Below are positions 39,265 to 48,821 of a stretch of 64,000 bases of DNA, in pieces. The translations under genes were made by a program, and so were the position numbers. The stretch lies in NCBI GenBank assembly GCA_963803435.1, contig CAWDML010000001.1, forward strand, positions 512,001 through 576,000, in the 5' to 3' direction. Numbering within the stretch: the first letter of the stretch is position 1; every line of letters begins with the position of its first letter. This stretch comes from an uncultured delta proteobacterium. GTDB taxonomy: Bacteria; Myxococcota; Kuafuiibacteriia; Kuafuiibacteriales; Kuafuiibacteriaceae. Under the pieces are notes generated by a model. That model was not told the DNA's origin and made no database searches. It was given only the letters and a program-made list of their open reading frames with translations.

Positions 39265-42253
39265 ATGGGAATCAAAGCGCTGGGACTGATCGTCCTCCTC
39301 CCGCTCGCGGCCTGCGACTGCGACGGCGGTGGCCTCCACCAGAAGAAGGCCGACATCGCGGTCAGCCCCAACCCGCTGGTCTTCGACACCGTACCGCGGC
39401 AGACCACCGCATCCCGGGAAGTGATCGTGTCGAATCCGGGCGACGATCGCCTCGACGTCACCGCCTTGGTGCTGGAGGCCGGCGGGAGCGCCGGGTTCGC
39501 GCTGCCCGACACCGCCAGCTTCGCGGTGGAGCCGGGGGCCACGCACGCGGTCGAGGTCCGGTTCACCGCCGGCGATCTCGAGGACGCCCAGGGCACGCTG
39601 CTCCTTCAGTCGAACGCGGACGGCCAGGCCGAGACACGCGTGACGCTGGAGGCGACGCGACGGCAGGGACCCGTGCTGGTGATCTGCGTCGAGAGCGCCG
39701 ACGTTCCGCTCGCGCTCGACTGCGGCTCGCCGAGCGCGATCGACTTCGGACGCGTCCGCCTCGACGAGGAGCGCAAGGCCGTGGTCACGCTCAGGAGCGA
39801 GGGCACTGATCCGGTGAGCATCTCGGCGGTCTCGCTGGCGGGCCACCCCTCGTTCGCGATCGACGCGCCGGTGGTCCCGGCCACCCTCGCGGTCGGCGAC
39901 CGCCTCGAGATCGGCGTGCGCTTCACCGCGTCGGTCCAGGAAGCCGTCGCCGGCACGCTCTCGATCGCCTCGAACGACACGGTGACGCCGAATCCGCAGG
40001 TCGCCCTACAAGGTCAGGGTGCCGAGATCGGGCTGTGCATCGAGCCGGAGATCCTGCGCTTCGGGAGCGTGCGGGCGGGCGCGTCGAGCGAGCGGTCGGT
40101 GCGTCTCACCAACTGCGGGAGCGCCGCGTTCGACCTCACCGGCGCCGAGGTCTATCTCGACGCCGAGGAGTTCGCGCTGGTGGGCGGGATCGCCAGCCCG
40201 ATCACGCTCACGCCGCAGTCGGGGCTCAACTTCGAGCTGACGCTCCGGTACACGCCGCTCGACGAGGGCGACGACGAGGGCCGTCTCCGCATCACCACCT
40301 CGAACGGAACGGCGCTCGTCGCTCTCACCGGCGACAGCCGTCCCTGCAGCATCGCGGTCACGCCGGCGGCGCTCAGCTTCCAGTACGATCCCGCGCGCCC
40401 GCCCGAGACGAAGAACGTGCTCGTCGAGAACGCGGGGACGTCGAGCTGCACCGTGGAATCCATCGAGATCACGGAGGGCGCCGACGGGGGGTTCCAGCTC
40501 GCCGGCGACATCCCCGATCCTCTCGGCGGTGGGACGCTCCCCGTCCTGCCGGCGGTGCTCGAGAGCGGCGAGTCGATCACGGTGCCGGTCGGCTTCTGGC
40601 CGCGCACGATCGTGAGCTCCACCGTCTCGGGGACGCTCGAGATCGCCGTGGCCGAGCTCCCGACCGCCCGCACCGTCGACCTCCTCGCCACCCTCGACTT
40701 CGTCAGCGTCTGCGATTCTGACGGCCAACCCGACCACGCTCTCGTACGGCTTGCTCGCCGTGGGCGCGCGACGGATCCTGGGCGTTCAGCTCACCAGCGA
40801 CGGCCTGGGCGCCTGCCGCCTGGGCTCGATCGCGCTCGGGGACGACGACGGCGGCACCTTCACCCTCGAGGCTTCTCCGCCCACCGTCGTCAGCGGTGAG
40901 GCGGTCGTCTTCGTCGAGTTCGCGCCCGGCACTCCCGGCGTGCACACGGGCAGCCTGAGGATCGTCACCGACTCGACACCTCCGCAGACGATCGACGTCG
41001 CGCTGGTGGGCGGCGCGGGCAGCTCCAGCCTCTGCGTGGACCCTCGCGAGCTTCCGTTCGGAGAGCGGAGCACACCCGGGACGATGGACTTCAACGTGTC
41101 GGCCTGCGGCAGTGATCCCGTCATGATCGAAGCGCTCGACTGGACCGATCCCGACCCCGAGATGTCGCTGGTGTCGCCGCCGGCGCTCCCGATCACGCTG
41201 GCGGTCGGCGAGACCCGCGCGCTCACGGTCCGCTACGATCCTCAGGATCAGACGGGCGACACCGCGGTGCTGACGGTGCGATCGACCGACCTCCTCGAGC
41301 CGAACGTCCCGGTGCGCGCGACCGGCGGCCCCGAGATCGTCCCCCCCGCGGCGGGTCGCTTCCTCTTTTACTGGCAGATCTTCGAAGGAAGCCAGGGCGA
41401 CATCATGCGCCAGCCTCTGCAGGGCGACCTGACGAGCGCCAGCTTCTGGGGTGACCGGAGCGGGCACGGTTGCGCGGGGTGCCACCAGCTGGCACCCGAC
41501 GGCAAGTACCTGGCGGTCACCTCGCTCGGCTCCTCCCGCGGGATCAGCGTCGTCGACGTGGCGGCGAACGCGATCGCCACCGCGCCCGGGAGCTACGTCG
41601 AGGGCCTCTACATGTCGTGGAACCCGGACGTTCACACGAACCCGCCATATCAATACGTCTACTCGGACAACGGCGATCTGCAGCTGGCCTCGCTCTACAC
41701 CGGCTATCTGGGACCGCTGGCCGGCGCCTCGGATCCTGCGATCTACGAGACGATGCCCAGCTGGGGGCCGGACGGCCGGATCGCGTTCGTCCGCAGCGCC
41801 GCGGGCGGGGGGATCGGCCTCACCGGTCCCGCCGACCTCTACCTGGTCGACGAAGCCGGGGGCGTCGCGACGCCGATCGCAGGCGCCAGTCTGGACGGGA
41901 GCGCGAGCTACTATCCGCGCTTCTCGCCGAACGGCCTCTGGATCGCCTTCACGAGGAGCGCCTCCGCACAGGGCACGATCACCGCGCTGGACGCAGAGAT
42001 CCGTCTGGTCGAGGCGGACAACTCCGGCCAGGTGAAGACGCTGCCGCTCCTCAACGGCGGGGCGTCGTCCTATCCCACGTGGAGTGTGAACGGAGAGTTC
42101 CTGAGCTTCAGCAGCAATCGCGCGGGCGGGCTGGGGAGCTGGGACATCTATCTTGCGCCGATCGATCCGGTGACAGGCTCGGAAGGCCTGGCTACGAATC
42201 TCACCCCTGCGAATACGCCCTGGTTCGAGCACTCCGCGCAGTGGAGCCCGTGA
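39265..42253 (+). CDS. Large lipoprotein with multiple Ig-like (choice-of-anchor D/ASH) domains and C-terminal TolB-like propeller; +1 frameshift at ~40716
   Basis: Lipobox LAACDC; repeated P..L.FG.V / GTL.I.S.D motifs; PSWGPDG, PRFSPNG. Removing one T at GATTCT 40714-40719 gives VCDLTANPTTLSYGLL. Confidence 0.8.
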
Positions 42254-42278
42254 CACCGTTCGTGTCATTCTTCCAGGC

Positions 42279-43691
42279 GTGGGACGACTAGCCGCGTGCG
42301 TGGGCCTCTTCGCGACGGCTTGCGTCTTCGAGCCGCCCTCGTCGACGCTCATCGGGCCCGCGAAGGACGCAGGCGAGGTCACGCCCGATCCCGATGCGAC
42401 GGTGGACGACGCCGCCGGCACGCGAGACGCGAGCCCGCGAGACGCGGAGACGAACGACATCGCCGTCGAGCCCGACGCGGGCGAGGTCGGCGGACCGGTG
42501 GCCGATCCGGGCCCCGATCAGACCGGCATCCCGTGGGACACCTTCCGGGTGGACGGGTCGGGCTCGCTCAGCCCGAGCGGCGATCCGCTGACCTATCATT
42601 GGCACATCGCCTCGGCGCCCTCCGGGTTCGTGGGCGGGTTTGCGCCGTTCCCCGGGGTCGCCGTCGCCGACGCGGCGCAGAGCGCGTTCTACGCCGATCG
42701 CGCGGGTCGATACCTGCTGGTGCTCGAGGTCTCCGACGGCCGCGCGACCAGCACGGCCACCGCGACGATCGAGGTCTCGAGCTTCCAAGCGGTCCCGGCG
42801 CCAGGCGGCGGCGCCCTGACGGAGGTGGTCGCGCTCGCGCCCGCCGGCGAGCGGCTCTTCCTGGGCGTGAAGATGCACGGCGGCGAGGTCTTCGACCTGA
42901 GGACGCGGACCAGCTCGGCCATTCCGTGCCTCACGGACGACAAGATCAATGACATCGCGATCGCACCCGGCGGTGCCGCCTACTACGCCTTCGACGACGC
43001 CTCGGCGCTGATCGCGACCGACGGCCTCGGCTGCACCACCGTCACCGTTCCGGCCGGCCCGACCAAGATCAAGGACATCGAGATGCTCCCGAACGGCGAC
43101 TTCTATCTGGCGACGGACCGCAACGTCTTCGGGCGGATCGGCGGCACGTTCGAGGAGTACGAGATCGAGCAGATCGGCGGGACGGGAAAGTACAGCTCGG
43201 TCGCTGTGGTCGGACGGACCTTGTGGCTCGGCAGCGATCAGGCGGGCAACCTGGACGGCGCCGTCTTCGCTCCCATCCCCCCGGACCAGGAAGCGCCGAT
43301 CCTCAGCTTCTTCCCGGGTGACGACAAGATCGAGGCGATCGCCGCCGGCGCCAAGAATCCCGACGCGACCTGGATGGCTGCGGGGGTGGGCATCGTCCAC
43401 ATCCCGGACACGGCCACTCCGACCATCTCCGAGGTGTTCACGGCCGCCATGATCCCGAGCCCGCTCTCGGCGAACATGGTCGCGGTCGCCACCGACCCCG
43501 ACTCCGGCGACGTCTACTTCGCGAACCCGCAGGGCATCGCCCGCTACAAGCGCGACGTCCGCACGCTGGTCGCGATCCCGAAGGGAACGTCGAACCTGCC
43601 GGCCGGCGACCTTCGCGCGATCGCGTTCGATCGGGATCGGCGTGCCCTCTTCGTCGGCAGCCAGAGCGGCGCCTTCCTCGTTCGACCTTGA
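42279..43691 (+). CDS. Lipoprotein with PKD-like domain and beta-propeller
   Basis: FATAC lipobox, DAG-rich linker, ADPGPDQ..VDGSGS...LTYHW. Confidence 0.68.
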   Translation: MGRLAACVGLFATACVFEPPSSTLIGPAKDAGEVTPDPDATVDDAAGTRDASPRDAETNDIAVEPDAGEVGGPVADPGPDQTGIPWDTFRVDGSGSLSPSGDPLTYHWHIASAPSGFVGGFAPFPGVAVADAAQSAFYADRAGRYLLVLEVSDGRATSTATATIEVSSFQAVPAPGGGALTEVVALAPAGERLFLGVKMHGGEVFDLRTRTSSAIPCLTDDKINDIAIAPGGAAYYAFDDASALIATDGLGCTTVTVPAGPTKIKDIEMLPNGDFYLATDRNVFGRIGGTFEEYEIEQIGGTGKYSSVAVVGRTLWLGSDQAGNLDGAVFAPIPPDQEAPILSFFPGDDKIEAIAAGAKNPDATWMAAGVGIVHIPDTATPTISEVFTAAMIPSPLSANMVAVATDPDSGDVYFANPQGIARYKRDVRTLVAIPKGTSNLPAGDLRAIAFDRDRRALFVGSQSGAFLVRP

Positions 43692-43700
43692 GGAGCCGCG

Positions 43701-44333
43701 CTACATCGTCTTCTTCGGCTTCTTCGCAGGCGGTGGCTCCTCCGGAGTCTCCGGACCCGGGTCCGCCGGCACAGCCGGGGCGTCGGTCTTTCGCTTCGCC
43801 TTGAGCTCCGCGAGCTGAGCCCTCGCCTTCGCTTCGGCCTCCTGTCGCTCCAGCTCGGCGAGCTGACGCGAGAGCTCGCGGTCGGCTTTCTGCGACGCAC
43901 CCAGCTCGTCCTCGAGCTCCGCGCGGGCCGACAGCTCGTCGATGTGGCGTCGAACGTTCTCGAGCGCGACATCCTCGGCGCTGGTCGCGAATGGATCCGG
44001 AAGCGCCGCAGAGTCGACCGGGACCCGCTGAACGAGGCGCTCGTGCTCTCTTGCGGCATCCTGCACCGATCGAAGATCGCCGACGATCTCCCGGTATGCG
44101 TCCTCCTGAGCCTCGACCTCGCTCCTCTTGAGCGCCAACCGCTGGACGAGATCCTCGACCATCCGCGTCAACTGGAGCGCCAGCGCATCATCGTCAGACG
44201 AGAGCGCGAGCTCGCGATCCGCCTCCCGGCGCCGCTTGTCGGCCTCCAGCGCCGCCACCTCGCCCTCGAGCTGCTCCTTCCGGGCGAGCGCGCTGGCCGC
44301 GAGCTGCCGGACCTTTTTCACTGCATCGTCCAT
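43701..44333 (-). CDS. PspA/IM30-like coiled-coil protein
   Basis: Heptad pattern, AL..DDDALA, AQLAELKAK at the C-terminus. Confidence 0.5.
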   Translation of the reverse strand: MDDAVKKVRQLAASALARKEQLEGEVAALEADKRRREADRELALSSDDDALALQLTRMVEDLVQRLALKRSEVEAQEDAYREIVGDLRSVQDAAREHERLVQRVPVDSAALPDPFATSAEDVALENVRRHIDELSARAELEDELGASQKADRELSRQLAELERQEAEAKARAQLAELKAKRKTDAPAVPADPGPETPEEPPPAKKPKKTM

Positions 44334-44443
44334 CGTCTACGGCGCCAAGCTAGCACGGACGGGGGACGTTACCACACTGAGACATGAAGCCACGCGCAGG
44401 GTGCGCCTGGTCGTGGTCCGTCGATTGCTGTCCTCAAAATCGA

Positions 44444-46798
44444 ATGACCTCCGAGCACCAACTCTTGCCCGTGCTCCCCATTCGCGCCGCGGTCCTGTTC
44501 CCTGGCGCCACTATCCCGGTCGCGGTCGGGCGGCCGCGCACGGTCCGTGCCGTGGAGTCCGCCATGGCCACGGATGACAAGAGGATCTTCGTGGTTGCGC
44601 TCCGGGACCCGCACGCCAGCGATCCCGGAGCCGGGCAGCTCCACCGGATCGGGACCGAGGGGATCATCAAGAAGCTGCACCGCTTCCCCGACGGCACGCT
44701 GCAGCTCGTCGTCCTCGGAGAACGTCGCGCTCGGTGGGAGTCGATGATCCGCGAGGCCCCGCACTTCGTCGCCGAGGTTCGACCGCTCCCGATGATCGAG
44801 TCCCCGGGCGCGGCGGTCGAGGCGCTGGAGCGCACCGTCCTCGACCTCGCCCAGAACGCCGCCGCCATGGCCGATCCCCAGCTCGTCGGCCTCGATCTCT
44901 CTGCGCTCATGGGCCAGGTCGAGCACTCCGACCGGCTCATCTATTCGCTCGCGACGCTGTTCTCGTTCGAGCCGGCGGCCGAGCAGGAGATCCTGGCGTC
45001 TCCCACCACCCTGGAGGCCCTCGAGACGCTCCGCAGCGTCCTCGTGCACGAGATGGACGTGCTCGAGATCCGCAATCGCATCGCCGACCAGGCGCGGGGC
45101 GAGCTCGCCCGCGAGCAGCGGGAGCACATCCTGCGGGAGCAGCTGCGCGCGATCCGCACCGAGCTCGGCGAAGAGGCCTCCGAGGAGGCCCAGCGCAACG
45201 ATCTGCGCCTGAGAGCCGCCGACGCTCACCTCCCCCCGGAGGTGATGTCCGAGGCCGAGCGCGAGCTCGCGCGGATGGGCAGCTTGCCGGCGGCCTCCGC
45301 GGAGTACCACGTCGTGGTCAGCCGTCTCGAGCTGATCCTCGAGCTGCCGTGGACGAAGCTGACGTCGGGTGACGTCGACATCTCCCTCGCGCGCCGGATT
45401 CTCGAGGAGGATCACCACGGCCTCCCCGACGTGAAGAGTCGGATCCTCGAGCACCTGGGGGTGCTCCGGATGAACCCGAGCGCCAAGTCGCCGATCATCT
45501 GTTTCGTCGGCCCGCCCGGGACCGGAAAGACCTCGCTCGGCCACTCGATCTCACGCGCGCTGGGCCGCGGCTTCGAGCGCCTGAGCCTCGGCGGCATGCA
45601 CGACGAGGCAGAGCTCCGCGGTCATCGCCGAACGTACGTGGGCGCCATCCCCGGGCGAATCCTCCAGGGGATCCGCAGGGCCAAGTGCCGCGATCCCGTG
45701 TTCATGCTGGACGAGGTGGACAAGATCGGACGCGACTTCCGCGGCGACCCGTCGAGCGCGCTCCTCGAGATCCTGGACCCCGAGCAGAACGTCACGTTCT
45801 ATGACAACTACCTGGCGTTGCCGTTCGACCTCTCGCGGGTCTTCTTCATCACCACCGCCAACACGCTCGAGACCATCCCGCCGCCCCTCCTTGATCGAAT
45901 GGAGGTCATCTCGCTCTCCGGCTACACGCATCGCGAGAAGCTGGCGATCGCGGAGAGTTTCCTGGTCCCCCGGCAGCGAACGCAAGTTGGGTTGACCGCC
46001 GAGGATCTCACCTTCGACACCCACGCGATCGCGGACATGATCTCCGAGCACACGCGCGAGGCCGGCGTCCGCCAGCTCGAGCGGACCATCGGGAAGGTGG
46101 CGCGGAAGGTCGCGCTGAGGTTCGCCGAGGGCGACACCACCCCGAAGACGATCAGGACCTCGGATGTCGCCGACATGCTCGGCCCGCCCGCGATCTCGTC
46201 CGAGCTTTTGCGCTCGGTGATGCCGCCCGGCGTCGCACCCGGCCTCGCCTGGACCGAGGCCGGAGGCGACGTGATCTACGTGGAGGCCGCCGAGCTCCCC
46301 GAAGGCCGGGGCGTGATCCTGACCGGCCAGCTCGGGGAGGTGATGAAGGAGTCGGCGCAGGCGGCACATAGCTACCTGTGGTCGCGGGCCGCCCAGCTTG
46401 GCCTCGATCGCGATCGGTTCGCCAGGTCCGGCGTACACCTCCACGTGCCGGCGGCGGCGACGCCCAAAGACGGTCCCTCGGCCGGGATCACGATGGCCAC
46501 CGCCCTGGCCTCCCTCTTCATCGGCCGCTCCGCACGGAGCGACACGGCGATGACGGGCGAGATGACGCTGGCCGGTCTCGTGCTGCCGGTCGGCGGCGTG
46601 AAGGAAAAGGTGCTCGCCGCCCATCGCGCCGGGTTCCGCAGGATCGTGCTGCCCCGAGCCAACGCCAGGGACCTGAAGAAGCTGCCGGAGGACGTGAGGA
46701 GAGAGCTCAACATCGTGCTGGCCGAAACCGTGGACGAGGTGCTCGACGCGACGCTGACCGAAGCGACCGCGGCCATGCGACCGGCGATCGGTCATTGA
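44444..46798 (+). CDS. lon: ATP-dependent Lon protease (endopeptidase La)
   Basis: VLFPG N-domain, GPPGTGKT, RGHRRTYVGA, LDEVDK, PKDGPSAG, GGVKEK. Confidence 0.96.
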   Translation: MTSEHQLLPVLPIRAAVLFPGATIPVAVGRPRTVRAVESAMATDDKRIFVVALRDPHASDPGAGQLHRIGTEGIIKKLHRFPDGTLQLVVLGERRARWESMIREAPHFVAEVRPLPMIESPGAAVEALERTVLDLAQNAAAMADPQLVGLDLSALMGQVEHSDRLIYSLATLFSFEPAAEQEILASPTTLEALETLRSVLVHEMDVLEIRNRIADQARGELAREQREHILREQLRAIRTELGEEASEEAQRNDLRLRAADAHLPPEVMSEAERELARMGSLPAASAEYHVVVSRLELILELPWTKLTSGDVDISLARRILEEDHHGLPDVKSRILEHLGVLRMNPSAKSPIICFVGPPGTGKTSLGHSISRALGRGFERLSLGGMHDEAELRGHRRTYVGAIPGRILQGIRRAKCRDPVFMLDEVDKIGRDFRGDPSSALLEILDPEQNVTFYDNYLALPFDLSRVFFITTANTLETIPPPLLDRMEVISLSGYTHREKLAIAESFLVPRQRTQVGLTAEDLTFDTHAIADMISEHTREAGVRQLERTIGKVARKVALRFAEGDTTPKTIRTSDVADMLGPPAISSELLRSVMPPGVAPGLAWTEAGGDVIYVEAAELPEGRGVILTGQLGEVMKESAQAAHSYLWSRAAQLGLDRDRFARSGVHLHVPAAATPKDGPSAGITMATALASLFIGRSARSDTAMTGEMTLAGLVLPVGGVKEKVLAAHRAGFRRIVLPRANARDLKKLPEDVRRELNIVLAETVDEVLDATLTEATAAMRPAIGH

Positions 46799-46809
46799 GG
46801 AGGAACGAG

Positions 46810-47016
46810 ATGGATGCACCGCTGAGAGTCATGCACGTCTTCGCCCATGAACCGGGCGAGTTCGAACGCGAGGTCAACGAAGCGCTGCGTCGGATTTGCG
46901 ACGAGAACTGCGTCGTCGGCGACATCAAGTACGCCATCGATCCCACCACGGGATCGGCACGTGGAGGCTTCGGGGCGATGATCATCTACGAGCAGGGAGA
47001 GGGGGAAGGGCCATGA
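46810..47016 (+). CDS. Small protein, Cse60/DUF2758-like
   Basis: GAGGAGG RBS; VF....FEREVNEAL...DIKY...FGAMIIY pattern. Confidence 0.5.
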   Translation: MDAPLRVMHVFAHEPGEFEREVNEALRRICDENCVVGDIKYAIDPTTGSARGGFGAMIIYEQGEGEGP

Positions 47017-47465
47017 AAGTCGGAGAGCTGGCAGCCCATCATGTGGTGACGATCGGACCGGAGGCCTCGGTCGTGGAGGCCGCGCGCCTCATGCGCGAGC
47101 ACCACGTCGGCGACGTGGTCCTGGTGGAGGAGAAGGACCTCCAGCGCGTGCCCATCGGCGTGGTGACGGACCGGGACATCGTGGTGTCGGTGATCGCGCA
47201 GAAGGTCCAGCCGCTCGACTCCATCATGGTCGGCGACATCGCCGCGCGGGAGCTGGTGGTGGCGGACGCCGATCAAGACATCGCGGACGTCGCTCGGACC
47301 ATGCTGGCCGAAGGAATCCGGCGCGTGCCCGTGGTCAACGCGCTCGGGGCCCTGGTCGGGATCGTCACGTACGACGATCTGGTGGCGTGGATGGCGGACG
47401 AGCTGGCGGACTTTGCCCGTCTGTTTGCTCGGCAGCGTCGGCGGGAGCGGCAGAGCCGCAAGTAG
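47013..47465 (+). CDS. Tandem CBS domain protein
   Basis: ATGA overlap; MREHHVG, GVVTDRDIV, RRVPVV..GIVT.DD. Confidence 0.9.
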   Translation: MKVGELAAHHVVTIGPEASVVEAARLMREHHVGDVVLVEEKDLQRVPIGVVTDRDIVVSVIAQKVQPLDSIMVGDIAARELVVADADQDIADVARTMLAEGIRRVPVVNALGALVGIVTYDDLVAWMADELADFARLFARQRRRERQSRK

Positions 47466-47604
47466 GATCGCCCTCGATCGCGGACGCCGTCTTCTTGGGA
47501 AGCGGCGTCCGCCTGGGCAAGTGCGGCTCTTCTTCGGGGTCCTCGTCGCGATCGACGTGGCCCTCCCGGTAGGCTTCGTTCCATCTCAAGTAGGCCGGGT
47601 TCAT
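47365..47604 (-). CDS. Candidate small acidic peptide translationally coupled to the GCS2 ligase
   Basis: ATGA overlap with the stop at 47601; MNPAYLRWNEAYREGHVDRDEDPEEEPH...; 3' end overlaps the CBS gene. Confidence 0.3.
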   Translation of the reverse strand: MNPAYLRWNEAYREGHVDRDEDPEEEPHLPRRTPLPKKTASAIEGDPTCGSAAPADAAEQTDGQSPPARPPSTPPDRRT

Positions 47605-48821
47605 GACATCATCCCTCCGGTTTCGAGGCAGTCGGACAGGGCGCGATAGGTCTCGACGATGGACTCGTGCTCGGGTGCGGCGCCGAGCGCGCGCACCAGG
47701 CGGGTGGCGAGCGTGCCGTGCTCCAGGATGGTGGAGAGCGGCGCGGCCCACGGGCCCTCGAGGGTACCGGTGGAGCCGAGCAGGTGCGCCCAGAGCTCGC
47801 GGGCCCGCACCGGACCCCGCCGCCAGCCGACCGCGGCCAGGTAGGACGCGTCCTCGATCAGCGTCTCCTCCGCAGACTCCACGGTGCGCATGAAGATCGC
47901 GGACAGCGGCGCCACCTGTTGATCCTGCTGGACCCGCAAGGGCGAAGGCCGCTCCTCCACGAGGGACCGCACCACGGCGGTGACGCCGGCGCAGATCGCG
48001 AGGTCGACGCCCGGGTGCTCCTGGCAGTCCATCACGCGGATCTCGATGGTGTTGCGCTCGAAGCGAACGATGGCGCCGCGTGCGTTCAGCCACTCGTGCT
48101 GCAGGATGCCCTCGGGATCGTGCGGCGCGATGGCCCGGTAGATCGGCGCGAGCACCTTCTCTCGATACGACCGCTCGTCGAACGCCGGCTCCGGGATCAC
48201 CGACCCGCTCACCTCGGGGATGCGGGCCGCGTTGGTCCGGTAGACGGCCAGGCGCTCGTCCAGGTTTCGCGTGCGGCGCCCCTCCACGTAGGGCGAGCTG
48301 GCGGTGAGCGCCGGCAGGATCGGCAGCACCAACCGGATCGCGGCGTGGAGCCGGCCCAGCTCGGCGTCGTCGGCGAACGGAAGGTTCAGGTGGACGCTCT
48401 GCAGGTTGGACCAGCCGTGGCCGCGGCAATCGAAGATGCGATCGAAGGCCTGGTAGATCTCGCCGTAGTCGTCGGTCCACCGCTCGAACTCGCGGAACGG
48501 ATCCATGAACGGATGCATGCCGCCCGGGAGCAGGCGCGCACCCAGCGGGCGGAGCCGATCGAGGAGGTGCCGGAGGCTCGCGTCGAAGTGAGCCCGGTAC
48601 GGCTCGAGCGTGGGGGCCGGATCGGTGGTCTTCAGCTCGATGACGTGGCGTGCGAGCTCGTTCGACCACGTGATCGGACCGTCCTCGATGCTGTTCACGA
48701 CGGCGCCGTCCTCGACCAGGACGCGATCAGCGATCGGCCGCACCGCGAGCGTCTCGCGGTCGACGATCATGTACTCGATCTCGATCCCGTGGGCCTCGAA
48801 CAGCCCGATGGCTGGGCTCAT
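47601..48821 (-). CDS. Glutamate--cysteine ligase family 2 (GCS2/YbdK-like) carboxylate-amine ligase
   Basis: GIEIEY, NELARHVIE, GMHP, SVHLN, ASSP, IEIRVMD. Confidence 0.85.
   Translation of the reverse strand: MSPAIGLFEAHGIEIEYMIVDRETLAVRPIADRVLVEDGAVVNSIEDGPITWSNELARHVIELKTTDPAPTLEPYRAHFDASLRHLLDRLRPLGARLLPGGMHPFMDPFREFERWTDDYGEIYQAFDRIFDCRGHGWSNLQSVHLNLPFADDAELGRLHAAIRLVLPILPALTASSPYVEGRRTRNLDERLAVYRTNAARIPEVSGSVIPEPAFDERSYREKVLAPIYRAIAPHDPEGILQHEWLNARGAIVRFERNTIEIRVMDCQEHPGVDLAICAGVTAVVRSLVEERPSPLRVQQDQQVAPLSAIFMRTVESAEETLIEDASYLAAVGWRRGPVRARELWAHLLGSTGTLEGPWAAPLSTILEHGTLATRLVRALGAAPEHESIVETYRALSDCLETGGMMS

Noticed and set aside
45397-45406. Other GATTCT/AGAATC sites (e.g. in lon, murJ, HEAT and RimK genes)
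   Set aside because: These are in frame within intact genes, so the hexamer alone does not imply a frameshift.
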